From Guillardia theta CCMP2712 (lineage: Eukaryota; Protista; Cryptophyta): a stretch of 64,000 bases of DNA. The stretch's first letter is position 1. Each line of letters starts with the position of its first letter. Positions 46,708 to 58,869 of this stretch are shown here, in pieces. The notes beneath the pieces were generated by a model that saw only the letters and a list, made by a program, of their open reading frames with translations, was not told where the DNA came from and ran no database searches. A program made the position numbers and the translations under genes. The stretch is from contig NW_005434573.1 of NCBI RefSeq assembly GCF_000315625.1, forward strand, positions 1 to 64,000. The letters run 5' to 3'.

Positions 46708-47826
46708 GAAGGAGAGAAAAGCTTGGAGTAGCGTATGACATGCAGAAAAAAGAAAAAATGGAGGCAGTCAGACGCACCTGCAGGCAGTGATTCACATCCC
46801 TCTTCTTCAAAGCTGCGAGGGTGATCAAAATTGCCTCCAAGCATGAGAACTCAAAAGGGATGGAGTTCTGCCATCATCAAGAGCATGATTCACTGCACCA
46901 TACCGCCTCCGGCATGTCACTATTTCACCAGTTTTGTATCGTTCTGAGCGGAAGCAAGACGCCGCTTGAGAGGTTCCAGCACCTTGGCGGAATTCAGCAA
47001 CAATCCTTCACGCATGACACACATTGCTAGCATACCTCGTCGGCCCCTTCTGGTATGATAACAAAAGATTTGCTGACCGAGCAAGCAAGTAAGGAGAAAA
47101 GAGACGCGGGCAAAGTGATACCTGCAGGAGATGACAGCCTTGATGGGGTCAAAACTGACAAGAATGACCCCCTGACGGATCAAAACCTGCGGCTAATGTC
47201 AGCGTCCGATGACCCAACCAACGACAGCGAGCACTCACAACGGGTTCAGATTTTGACATGACGAAGCGGATATCCCTCAGCTAGACACAAATATCCTTAT
47301 CAGTTTGGAGAAGGAAGGCAGGAGGATTTCGCTGTGGAAGGTGGCGCACCTGTGCTACGGAAGTCTGCGCGTTCCACGCATCTATGATGAGCTGCTTGAC
47401 GTCTTGCTCAAAGAAGTTGCTGTCGACGACCAGGGATGAAGAGAGAAGACAGAACTCCAGTATCTGACTCCGGTTCATGTCAAACCGAAGGCGAGATTGC
47501 ATGTCATGCAGAACTTCAAGCACTGTTAGGCTATCTTCAAGCTTTCCACTCTGATTGTTGACTTCCGACAATGAATGTGTCATCAACCCACTCCTGCTAC
47601 CTTCGGATTTCTTCCAGTCACCTCCTTGCCTTTGCTCTATTCCTTCTTCCCCAGCGTGATTTTCGTCATAGTCACGGACCAAAGGCAGCGCTTGCTCTTC
47701 GACTGGCCGTGAAGTTCTCCCCTGAGGAGAAGCAAAGTCTGGCAGCTGGACGCTGGGGAGAAAGGCGGTAGCAGGCGGACTTCGAACTTCAATGCTCTCA
47801 CCACGTTGGGTTTCGCGAGTGCTCAT
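45416..47826 (-). CDS. MRS2: MRS2/CorA-family Mg2+ transporter, many exons
   Basis: LRDIR, VELLLDSY, IESTEALLKLKLDTARNTLIK, ISGYYGMNL (GMN signature), second TM WLEVTIISSVGCICLIACSLVSLW. Confidence 0.9.
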
Positions 47827-48157
47827 ATTCACGTATTGTGCTCGCAATATCGGGGAAATGGCAGATATCCAGGAGGGTAAAGGCAATTAGGAAGAGAACA
47901 GGGAGCGAAGAGGGAAAGAGAAGGGGGATGGGATGGAGGAATCAAAGAGCGAGAAGGGAGGGGAGAGGCAGGACAGGGGAGAGAGGAGGACACGGGGAAG
48001 GGGCGAGATGGTCAGTTCCCTTGGACCTGCTGCATTGTTGTTGAAGATGAAGCGGCTTGCGCTGGTGTTGAGGTCCCGGCCCGGGGCCGGAGGACAACAG
48101 GGTCACTCAGACTTTGGTGCCTCGCATGAGGCGGGCCCGCTGTGTGCATTCCGATTT

Positions 48158-48578
48158 CACGCGTGGCCCAGAGGTCCAGATTCCCAGTGCTCGTCGTACT
48201 AATTTTACTCAATAAATTTGAAATCAACTGGACCAGTGGCATAAAAGTGACTTTTATTCCCAAAGGTCGAGATGGTGAACCGTTGTGGTCGAGTTTGTCA
48301 GCAGGGCAATTGCACCCCCACAGGGGCCCACCGATAGAATCAGGAGGTGGGGTCCTGACCGGACTTTAAATGTGCCTAGCCCAAGCTCCGTTCTATGCCG
48401 CAATACATACAATGGTAATCAAGAAATATCTAACCCTTCCTATACCACCCAATGTAAACGACGGGCTCGGGCGGGAAAAGACCGTGACACGATCGTGACA
48501 ATTTTACCTTTAAAAACATGTATGATTGAAATAGATTTCAAACAGGTTCTGGGAATCTGGACCTCTGGGCCACGCGTG
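48158..48578. mobile_element. MITE-like element with 30-bp perfect TIRs (CAC...GTG)
   Basis: CACGCGTGGCCCAGAGGTCCAGATTCCCAG at 48158-48187 is the reverse complement of 48549-48578 (33 bp with flanking TTT/AAA); no TSD seen. Confidence 0.75.
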
Positions 48579-49136
48579 AAAACCTGAGAGTACAGTTGTT
48601 CAACTTTGACTCAGATGAGTTAACGTTGATGAGGTTGATGATCTCTTTGAGTGCTATGAGTCAACACATTTGAGGAACTTTACGGCTAGGAGGATCGGGG
48701 TCGTCACTTTTCAATTATGGAGAGAATCGAATCATCTTCTATGTAGAGGTGGGTCAGCCCTGACATCGAAAGCAGGGCTATGGGGAGATTTTTAGTTGGC
48801 CGCACCGTTACACTTGGAGAATTTACGAAAAGAGGTTATTTCTTAAATACCGGTTTGTCTCTCTTTTGAAAACAAAAGATTTCCTCAATCCTCCCAATGA
48901 AATAGATGGTTTTTTCGTACATCCGTAAAACTTGTCCCATGGTCCAACTTCCACTTTGCATAGCCCCCTACTCATACATAGCAGATTCTTCAATTCCGTC
49001 TATAATTAAATTTCGATAGCTCTGCACTTCAGACTGATCACAGATCCCTCACAGGGTACCCTGCTCCACCACCCTTCCCTACCCCCCCTCCTTGAGGGAG
49101 TGGGGTGCGCAGGTGCGACGAACCAAACAGGACAAA

Positions 49137-50529
49137 ATGGCAGCCAGAGACAACAGAAACATGACGAACGAGCATCAGGCCGACGATGCTGGCCATCACA
49201 CCCAACGAAACCCTCGCAAGAAGACTCTCTCCTCCCAGGTTGCAGCAGAGATCTTCGCGGAGAGGTCCCTCAAGACCGGCTTTGCTACTGTGGAGAGCGT
49301 GTATGTGGCGAAGAAGTATGGCATCAGCTCCAAGACTGTGCGCGACATCTGGAACCGAAAGACATGGGCGGAGGCAACAAGGACAATGTGGACGGAAGAA
49401 GAGCTAAGGTCGGTGGAGGTCCAACAGTCGGACAAGGAGGACAAGAGGCTGAAGGGAAGGAAAAGAAAGCTTTCCGATGTGCAAGGCAGCTCGTCCGATT
49501 TAACTCGCCAGTCTTCAAAGGTTTGTAACGAGGGTGAGCAGGCCAGAGGTCAGCATTCAGCAGCGCCCTCGGAATCAGAGACGAGCACTGTGTGCAGTAT
49601 GGTTAATTCTGGGACGAAGTCTCCCCAGGACGGCTCGGATGGGTCAAGCTCTCAGCGTGGACCCGAGTTACATGATGATTTTCTTCAAGGCTCGAGGAGC
49701 TCAACCTCCAGCTTTCCTAGCAAGTCCACTGCATCAACGTCCTCTGACGGCTGCCCCGACGATAGGTCGGACCACATAGCGGGGGCGCAACCACCCAGGG
49801 AAAGAAGCAGCGAAGGAAGCATGGAGGACAGGAAATCGAGCGACAATGATGAGCAAAAGGACCTGTGCTCAGATTCGGGGTCTAATTCAAGCTGCCCGTC
49901 GGCCGCATCGTCGGGAGATACGAAACATAGTAATCGCCCGCAAGCACGCTCTGATGACAGGACAAAGTCAGGCAGAAGTACGAGGCAAACAGGGCAAGAT
50001 GGATATTGAGGCAATTGCACAGATTGCAGGTCTGCTCAAGCATCTCACGGAGCAGCAGCAAATAATCATGCAGAAGCAGCAGCAGATCCTTCTCAGCACC
50101 AGTTGCATTCATCTTGCAATGGAGGCACGAGGCTTCAGACCAACTGCTGACTCCGCGATGTTCCCCTCAACGTTCTGCCAGCAGGCTAGCTACCAGCAAG
50201 CTAACCTTGCTAATGCCAGCCCGACGGGATTTCTAGGACTTTTGCATTCGCCCAGTCAAGAACCAGGGTTGGGGTTACAAGGTAGATGTAGCACAATGTT
50301 CGAGGCAAGGAGCACTCATTCGTCAGGGAGTGAAGACGGGCTTGCAGGAGGTCAAAGAGGAAGCTTGCAACAGAACATAATGGCGACAGACAGTGTAATC
50401 GGCTTGCGATCGGCGCATCAACTTGCAGCGGAACTTGAAGCCAATCGCCAGACCGATCTTAACGCCAGAATACAGAACTTGTCCACGATGTTAGCAACGT
50501 GTCAGAAACTTCTTGGGCAGAATAAATGA
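49137..50529 (+). CDS. HTH DNA-binding protein (VAKKYGISSKTVRDIWNRKTW type) with S-rich linker and Q-rich tail
   Basis: HTH-like N-terminus; overlapping ORFs 49092-50009 and 49846-50529 are probably joined by a short intron ending at CAG ~49960. Confidence 0.7.
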
Positions 50530-51690
50530 TCCGATGATCCGAGCCATTGGCTCCAGTCTCCGCCGGAGCGCACTGTGGGAAGTTTCCGAACGTAGTGACC
50601 GCGGCGTGGACTTCCAGTCACTGCCGGCTGTGGCGGCCGCGGCACCGTACAGTACGGTATGCGCGGCCGCGCCGCGGGGTTCCGGGCCGCCGGGGGCCGG
50701 GCCCCGGCGGCCACCGTGGCCGCGGCCGCACTCAGCGCCCACTCCGGGCCGGCCGGGACTCCGGGACGGACGGTGAGTGTCCGATCTGGCCGTGACACTC
50801 ACGGACGGTGCGGCCCGGCGGGCCGCCGCCCGGCCCGGGCCCGGCGGCCCGTTGACTGACTCCGAGGGCAGTCACTCGGAGTCACGTCCGGCCGGCGGGC
50901 CGGCGGGTCCATAGTGACGCCGCCGGCCGCCGGGTGACCCTGACCCGGTGTGACTCGGACTCGCCACCCGGCCCAGCCGGAGGCTCCCGCCGGGGCCGGA
51001 ACTTAACGGCGGCGGCGCGCGGCGGCCCCCGCCGCGCCGCCGGGCCGGCTCAGTCAAACTGAGTTTCAAACTTGCGGCGGCCATGTGACTCAGTCGCGCC
51101 GCCCGGGGGCAAGGCTGACTGCAGTGCCAGCCCGGCCCGGCCCCCCCGCCCGGCTCGGCCCGGACTCGGGCCCTCACTGATCGCCGGGCCCGCCGCCTCC
51201 CGCCGCGGTTATCATCCGGCCGGGGGCCCCGGCGGGGCCGGGGGCTCAGTGACCGCCGATCATAGTACCGTACGACGGTGACAGACCGGCGGCCGGCGCC
51301 CACGCCGGGCCGGGTTCCGACGATTCCGAAGTTCGGTACCCGCCGGCTTTCACTTAGTCGGAGCCTCGAAGGGTCTGATCGGACCGACCGTCCGGTCCGA
51401 CCGGGGGGCCGCCCGGGCCCGGCCTGCCGTCACGGCGTGCCGCACTCAGGCACTGCCGCACTGGCAGGCTGGGGCGGCGGTGCCTGGGCCGCCGCCCGGC
51501 GCGGCGCCGCCGCACCCGGGCGTCCGCGGTTGCTCCGAGCCGGCCCGGCCGCGCTCCGACGGACTCACCGTGGCAGCCTCACGGTCACCGGGTGCCACGC
51601 CACGGTGGGCCGCAGGCCCGGCCAGGCTTGCCGCCCGGCCCGGCGGCCCGGGCCTGGCGTCCCGCGGCCGCGTCGGCACTGGCACGGTTG
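50530..51690. repeat. GC-rich palindromic mosaic tract (~1.15 kb)
   Basis: Same word set; begins at the stop codon of the HTH gene. Confidence 0.7.
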
Positions 51691-52276
51691 GAAATACTAC
51701 CCCCTCTCAGGTTGTCTTATCGAAAAAAACATAACCCTGGTATTTTGTACCCACTGCCTGAAATACCGTCTTTGATACCTACAAATACCCACCTTCCTTC
51801 CTCCCTTCTGGTTCAAAGTTGTACCCCCACCCTATACTTTTCGGAGGGTGGAGATGTGAGGATGGGGTGGCCTCCGCCTGGTTGCTTTCCCCGTCGATCG
51901 TAGACCGCGCTTGTGCTGCTCTGCTCTGCTCGCCATAACAGGATCGAGCATTCTGGTACCTTCCTGTGGTGGAAACCATCTTCAAGCGACTTTCTATCAA
52001 GTGGGAGCTCATAGCCCCCACCGTACCAAGATTCTTCTCAGCGAGAAAAAGCCAAGAAACTGAAAAGTATTACTTGACCGCTAGAGGATAGTGTTGTTGA
52101 TTGTCTTTTCCATGATAGCCTGCCTGCAAACGACTGAGCTTGCTTCGTTGTTGTGAAAAGTCTCCTCTTGACTGAATAGTCTTTTCTTTGAGGTATTTAT
52201 TGACATGATCTTCTGTCAATTCTTCTATAATCTTCACTGGTGAAACATTTTCATTGCAGATTCAAGACACACATCC

Positions 52277-52971
52277 ATGCAAAGATATTTGTTCGCTCTT
52301 TTGGTATTGGTATGCTTTCAACAGTTGTGGGCGCAGCCAATCAAGCAAACTCTCCTGCTTCGAAATGAATACATTCATCGGGCTGCACCTGGTGGCATCA
52401 TCAACAGTGGCATGCAGAGCTCGAATGTTATGCGATTGCGTGGTGGAATGGATCAGATGGCAGCATATCTGCTATGCAGAATGGGTGGAAACGATACCCC
52501 GACATTCGAGGATGTCACAAAAGTGCTCAATTCAGTGAATGCCAAAGTAACTCATTGGTTGAATACAACTCTCATGCTGATTGAGATCAGGTTGAGGAAG
52601 ACAGAATCAACCATCTTGTCAAGGAGTTAAATGGAAAAGACATTCAAGAACTCCTCGAAAAGTATGCGAAATTAGCTTCGACATTCTTTGTTTCACTTTC
52701 TCTTCAGGGCCAGAAAGGAGGCTTTGGAGAACGATAAGATTGACCAGTATCTTGCCCAGCAGGGAGGGGGCGGTGGAGCGTCTCAAGCTCCGCAAGGTGC
52801 TGATGCAGGAACCAAACCTGCAGACAAGGCCGATGCAAAGACCAAGGCAAAGGGAGCTGAGGTCGACCTTGACATCAAGTGATGTGTTGTGGATTCTGAC
52901 TTGTCAAACAGAAAAAGGAGTCTTCCAGCGACTCGCTTGACGGCGACATGGGATTCGGTTTGTTTGACTAG
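52277..52971 (+). CDS. RPLP2: 60S acidic ribosomal protein P2 with a 57-aa presequence (signal peptide + leader ending RLRGG); exons 52277-52546, 52591-52661, 52708-52861, 52912-52971
   Basis: MDQMAAYLLCRMGGNDTPTFEDVTKVLNSVNAK|VEEDRINHLVKELNGKDIQELLEK and C-terminal DGDMGFGLFD*; all three introns are GT-AG and in phase. Confidence 0.92.
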
Positions 52972-53100
52972 AAACATTCATGTTGTGAGGGCGAGGCATG
53001 CAAGATTTCCACAAAGAATTGTTCCAAACACCTTGCAAATCAACAAGCACTATTCGTTTATTGCTCGAATTGAAGTTTTTTGGAAAAATATATGGTACAT

Positions 53101-53603
53101 TTATGGATTGAGCCCTGTTTTGTCCACCCCATCATATCCCCCCATGTGATTCTACAGGCGAATCAGTCAGATTGTCTTATGAAACAAAAGCACACTGTCG
53201 AATGACCTGAGCGCCAACCCGCCAAACATCTTTCCACTTGTTCTCGTTGGGGAGGTTCATACCTCCTGTCTCATAGGTTAATGTTGCACATTTCGATCTA
53301 TCACATGATACCGGGGCAAGTACCAGTTGTCTTGAAGGTGGGAACCCAGGTGTCCTAGAAAATGCTGTGAGAACTGTGAAATCGCGAAGTCGCGACTTGC
53401 AACCTGATGGTATGCGTGGGGAGTACAGTCACCAACCTGTACCAGAATAAAGACAATTATGAGATTCCATTCCATCTACAGCAGAGAGCAACCGGATACA
53501 GCGGGTTTTTGGCTCTCGGATCTCGCCCACTCTCTGCCCAGCCATACTTGTCCCATTGTTCGCCGCTCAGCATCGTCGTGGTTGCAAAGAGATTGTGCAA
53601 CAT
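53101..53603 (-). CDS. Small multi-exon hypothetical gene
   Basis: MLHNLFATTTML.. start followed by several ~45-nt GT-AG introns; frame not fully resolved. Confidence 0.35.
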
Positions 53604-54733
53604 CCTGTAACAATAGCATTCAGCTTAAGATTCACATGAGAACCAATCTTTGCAGGGTGATCATGTAGCTGACTGGCCAACACCAATATTTCACAACGAT
53701 CTCGTATTACACTGTTTGGTCACAACATGCATACACTATGCTACTGCAGAATTTCTCATCAGAAGCTCAAGATGTAAGTCTGAAAATCAATTTTTAACTC
53801 AAGGATTCAATCATTTTGGGGAAAGCCTGGTCACATCAATTTCTTCAACTACTCAAAGGATTACAACACGCAAAGATACTTTCAAACAACAAGAATCAGT
53901 GCGTCACTTCCATAGAAGAGCTTTAGTTGGTATCAGATGAACGTCTAGTGCTCTTGATACGCTTTTATGTATGACGAGCTACTATAACACGTGTGTTTCT
54001 TCGATGTTCACTGATGCGCGTCACATCAAATGATTAGGTTGAAGAATCTGCCCATGACGGCTGAACTTGTGAAGTGACATACGTTACAAAACCGTTACAT
54101 ATTTGCGCATTGCGGCCGGGCCGGCAGCACTAGTGTGCCACCGTGCGGCACTGCATCGGCGTGACAATAAGTAATAGTTATTACTCAAAGTTAACTCAAA
54201 TTTTAGATAAACTTGCGTACCGCAGACGCGGTAGAAGGCTCTAGTAGGTCACGGCGCAACCGTACAGCTCTAAGGCCGGAAGGACCCCTGCTTTTCACCA
54301 CGATTTAGGGGGTAGCAGAGAGAACTGGAAACACTTCCAAACTTTCCTGCCTTTTGCACCTGCCAGAGCCGAGAGAACCCCTTGGAAATAAAAGATTGTC
54401 AAAGGAAAAGGGGGTGGGGTACCGTCCTGCAGGACTAAAATGAGTCACGGCAGCGGGCTTGTCTTCCTACGAACAGCTAAGCAACGCCTTTCCTGCGGAG
54501 CTCTCCCATCCCCTCACATTCTTTCGTTTCCCTAGCTCGCCCCTCCGAACTTCCTGACCGAACATCCTGACGTACCGTGCAAGCTCTCGTGCATCCCGTC
54601 CCAACAAATTTGCTTCATAAGGCTTCAACAAAGCAAAACTTTCCTGTATTCGTTCGAAATTGGCTTGTGACTTTATTGACCTGTGATTGATATTGCTGTC
54701 CCAAATCGAAATCTCCAAATCTCGAGGACAAAG

Positions 54734-55144
54734 ATGAATCTGATCCATGGAGGAGCTGTCCGAGAGATCTTGTCCGCTGACAAGGATGACTGGAAATCTA
54801 CATCAAAGGATTTTTCCTTTCCAGACATAGAATCCGAGCAACCGTCAGGCAACATTGCTCCGGCGGATCCAAAGCGCTTTCATGAAATCTTTGGAACCAA
54901 TGTTGATCTAATCTTTCCTCGTGGCCATGAATTCATCAGTCTGGAGAAAGGGAGAAATGTATCCAACGCTACCAGTCGTGTAAGCAGCAGGTGCACCAAG
55001 ATTGCCGAGGAGGTTCTGGATGCAGCAGATCAAGACGGCAGGCTTTGTGAGGTGTTGACAGCCTTGCGCAAGAGAAGAACCTCGCACGCTCACTTCGTTG
55101 CCGATGTTATCGGGGAGCTGGATTTGAAACTGAATACGGACTAG
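54734..55144 (+). CDS. Hypothetical protein (~136 aa)
   Basis: Uninterrupted ORF with coding-like composition. Confidence 0.5.
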   Translation: MNLIHGGAVREILSADKDDWKSTSKDFSFPDIESEQPSGNIAPADPKRFHEIFGTNVDLIFPRGHEFISLEKGRNVSNATSRVSSRCTKIAEEVLDAADQDGRLCEVLTALRKRRTSHAHFVADVIGELDLKLNTD

Positions 55145-55783
55145 AATTTCTCACAGCTCATGTACATGTTCCCAATCCTTTTCTGTAAGATAGGCTGTAT
55201 TCCTTTGATCTTTGAATGAAAATAACCAATTCCAGAACCATTTCAAATCATCTCATATTCGAACTGCCGTCGCATCGTATCATGAAGTTCCAGCGCCATG
55301 GAAGTCAGAACAGAATGGTCAGCTCGTGACCACACATGGTGTCTCTAGCGTGTGAAATTTTTCATGCTTGATGGACTTGCTCGTGTTTTGCAATTGTCCC
55401 CCAGCCACGATTTCAGCTTTCATGAATGTTGGCACATTTCTGCTGATGATCAAAACAGTTGGTGCTTATTGATTGATGTACCTGAGGTAGCCCCGCCTGA
55501 GTTAATCAAAATTTACAATCATTGATTGAGTGATCATTTCTCTACGCTGCGCAACGCAGATCAAATCTGAGGCTAGTGAGACTAGGTCGCACGGTTGATG
55601 GAGATTGAGAGAAGGAAGGAGAAACAAATATCTCTGTTTTACTGGTGAGTTTAATCAGTCAAACATCAAGTGAGAAAATGAGCAGCTGGCAGCAGCTGTA
55701 AGCAATCAAACAAATCTAAGAGAAAGGTCCATGGAGCTTGCAACCAAGTCTATATCACAATTTTAGGCAGCCTGGTGCTCTGC

Positions 55784-57732
55784 TTACCGTTTGCCCTTGT
55801 GGAACACTTGAAGAATGCTTCCAAAGAGGACCTGAAGACCTATTGCCCAGCCTCCAACAACCAGCAAGTCCTTCCACACAGCATGATCCTCCATGTTGTA
55901 GAAGACGAGAACTTCCTTTCCATTGTGAAACTGAGGGCTGTCAAAGTACTTGATGCCCTCAAACTCGTTGACCATGAAAGCTCTGAACGAGTAGGTATGA
56001 AATGCCATGTAGTACCCCCAGATGAAGTAGTCAGGGATGTCGTTCTTGACCTTCATGAAGCCCTCGCACAACATGAAGAAGCCGTACACTGCCGCCCCTA
56101 GCGCGATCCCGATGATGTAATGAGGAACGACGGAGGCAATGACGCACATGAAGGCTTCGGCTGTAACAAGAGAGAGGAAGAGGTCCGCAAGGAACACTCC
56201 GAAGCCGTTGAGACCGGCAGGAAGTACCACAAGGATAGTGCTGACCAAGGAGATGATGAAAAGGCCCGGCAACGACATGAAGAAAGACGCCAGCACATAT
56301 GCTGGCACCACATACCAGCCATTAGCCCTCTCGCGCAGAAACACAGCTCTCTCCACGATAAAGAAGGGCAGCACTGCCACAGACATGAACACCAAGAAAG
56401 CAGCAACGAAGAAGAGGAGAGCAACGCGACTGTTGATGTCTGTGGGACCATGGCCAAGGTTCCAGAACATGAAGCCCATCAGCAGGCAGAGCATGATGTA
56501 CATGACGAGTCGGACGAGAAAAATACCCGGGTTGCGCGCATTGTTGAAGAAGGCGCGATGAGACAAGATCATGAGCTGCGTCATGAAGCCGTTCCTGTGA
56601 CTGGCAGGGCTGATAGCATGCTCAATGGGGCGGGCAAGTGCTGACGTCAACGCCATGCCCTCCGGCTCTTCTTTGAATAGCTTTGCGAGGAGCTCGATAT
56701 CAGCATGCCCCTCAAAGTCCGTGTTGGCGAGTCGGAGGAAGAAATCTGCAGGGTTCGACTGGCTGGGGCAGGGATACCCCATCCTCGAGAAATAGTCCAC
56801 GGCGTTTTTAGCGGCTCCAAAGTAGAGGCACTTGCCCCTGGACAGCAGGAGAAACTTGTCGAAGTTGGCCCACACCTCGGAAGGAGGCTGATGAATGGTG
56901 CACACAACCGTCGTCCCCATCTTGGCGAGGTGAGACAAGTGACTCATGATGTTCTCTGCAGCAGCTGAGTCGAGGCCTGACGTCGGCTCGTCCAGCAGCA
57001 GGATGGAGGGGTTTCGCACCAGCTCCACTGCGATCGACAGGCGTCGAAGCTGGCCTCCACTGAGTCCCTTGCGAAACACGTCTCCCACGATGGTGTTGCT
57101 GCACGAGTCCAACCCGAGAACGTGAGTCACGTTCTCTGCCCTCGCCCTCCTCTCCTCAGGTGTGCTCTCTGAGTGAGGAATGAGGAGGTCTGCTGCGTAC
57201 CGCATCGTCTCCTTGACTGTGAAGGGCGTCTGAAGCGCGTGCTCCTGCTGCACGTACGAAGCCACCATGCTGAAGGTCTCGTCTCTGAGCTTGCCGTTGA
57301 CCAGTACATCTCCCATGAACTTCCTCCCCTTGCGGTTAGGGTCGATCCTTCCGGCGATGGCGTCGAGCAGGGTCGTCTTGCCGCCTCCCGACGGCCCGCA
57401 GATGGCGAGCATCTCACCAGGACGAACGATGCCCGAGAGGCCATCAAGGATGCGCTTGTCTATGGTTTCTTTCTTGCCGGTCTGAGGGTTCGCGCGGGTG
57501 AGCTTGACGTCATAGGTGAGATCCTTCCATGCGATAGTAGCTGGTTTTACTCTCAGAGACTGGTACGCCAGTGAGCTAGCCGAGGACGCCCCATGAGCCC
57601 TAGGAGGTGAAAGTGTCAGTGTTGTCATCTTTCTACAAGGCTTGCTCACAGGATGTGAGCTTGAGAAAGCTCTACAGAGCTGCTGTCCATCTGAACAGGG
57701 ATGGTGTAGCTGTCTTGGCGCTGCTCCGTCAT
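55784..57732 (-). CDS. ABCG (White-family) half transporter; exon 1 57732-57650, intron 57649-57600
   Basis: Walker A GPSGGGKTT, signature LSGGQ, Walker B LLLDEPTSGLD, TIHQP, C-terminal ABC2 membrane domain. Confidence 0.97.
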
Positions 57733-58184
57733 GGCGGGTGGCTCTGTGTTGGACCTTGCCCCGACTCCCTTCGGGTTTAAAAAAGCGCACTTTGCAAGTT
57801 ACCATGCACCCACCCTGTGAAAATTCGAATTATTCTCCCCTACCTCCTCAAACAATCTCAATTGTACCAGACTGACGTCTTACCACCCCAATGAAATACT
57901 ACCCACCCCACCATTGAGCTGGAGCCTCAAAAATTCATGATGAGAGATGATCCACGATACATCCTCCTACTGAGACCCTAAAGACCCCGTACCTTCATAG
58001 GACTTCCTAGGACCGATTTTGAAATCACTGGGAGCCATATATGGAACCTAGGAGTGTAGGACCCCACTCTAGACAGAGTAAGAACTTGCTATGACCTCTC
58101 TGTCGTACTCCAGCCGTTGAGGGGGCGCAAGCCTACCAATGACTGATCTTTTTTTTGTTGCCTTTGTCAGTTGTAAACTTTGAG

Positions 58185-58700
58185 TGCCGGCGCAACCGTA
58201 CCGTACGGTGTGTCAGTGTGCCAGAGTCGCCGATCCGGGCCCGTACGCCCGGCCGTCCACGGAGTCACCCTCTACTATAAACCCTCCGCCGGCCTGAGGG
58301 TCTAGAGGGTTCAGGTCCCGAGGGCCGACTCGTCAGAGCGGCTTCAATGAGGCCGCAAAGTTCAATCCGGGCCCAAGTCCGGGAGTCTGCTCAGTCCTTC
58401 CGACCCGGTGACTGGAGACTCGGACTCTCCGGGTGACTCAGCCTCGGGGCCGGGAACGCCAGAAGTTGGACCGGGGGCCGGCCGCGGCGACCGTACTCAG
58501 TACCGTATCGGACCGCCCGGCGCCCCCCCGGTGAACGGTGCCGGGCCGGGGCGGCCCTTCGACTGAGGCCCGGCGGCCGCTCACTGTGACGGTCACCGCA
58601 CCGCCCGCGGCCCGGCCGGTGACGGTGCCGCCGCCCGGCCACCGTCAGTGGCCGGTATGATACTTGAAGCCTCCGACTCGTCGGACCCGGACCCGGAAAA
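58185..58700. repeat. GC-rich palindromic mosaic tract
   Basis: CCGTACCGTACGG, GACTCGG and CGGCCGC words. Confidence 0.65.
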
Positions 58701-58869
58701 GACCTTTTCCCATTTTTTAAAATTGCAATAGACGTAGCCAGGAAAAATAGTAATAAGGTCTATAAAAAGGTTATATATTCTTTATTCGTACAACTTTGGT
58801 ACCATCTGCCAAATGGGTATCACTACTTTATAAAATACAATCCCTTTTACATGTGTTAAAAGCGCGCAC

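Noticed and set aside
50491-51903. Many R/P/G/A-rich ORFs (also 44510-45453, 58391-58642, 20664-21270)
   Set aside because: By-products of stop-poor GC-rich mosaic tracts; no domain signal or splice structure.
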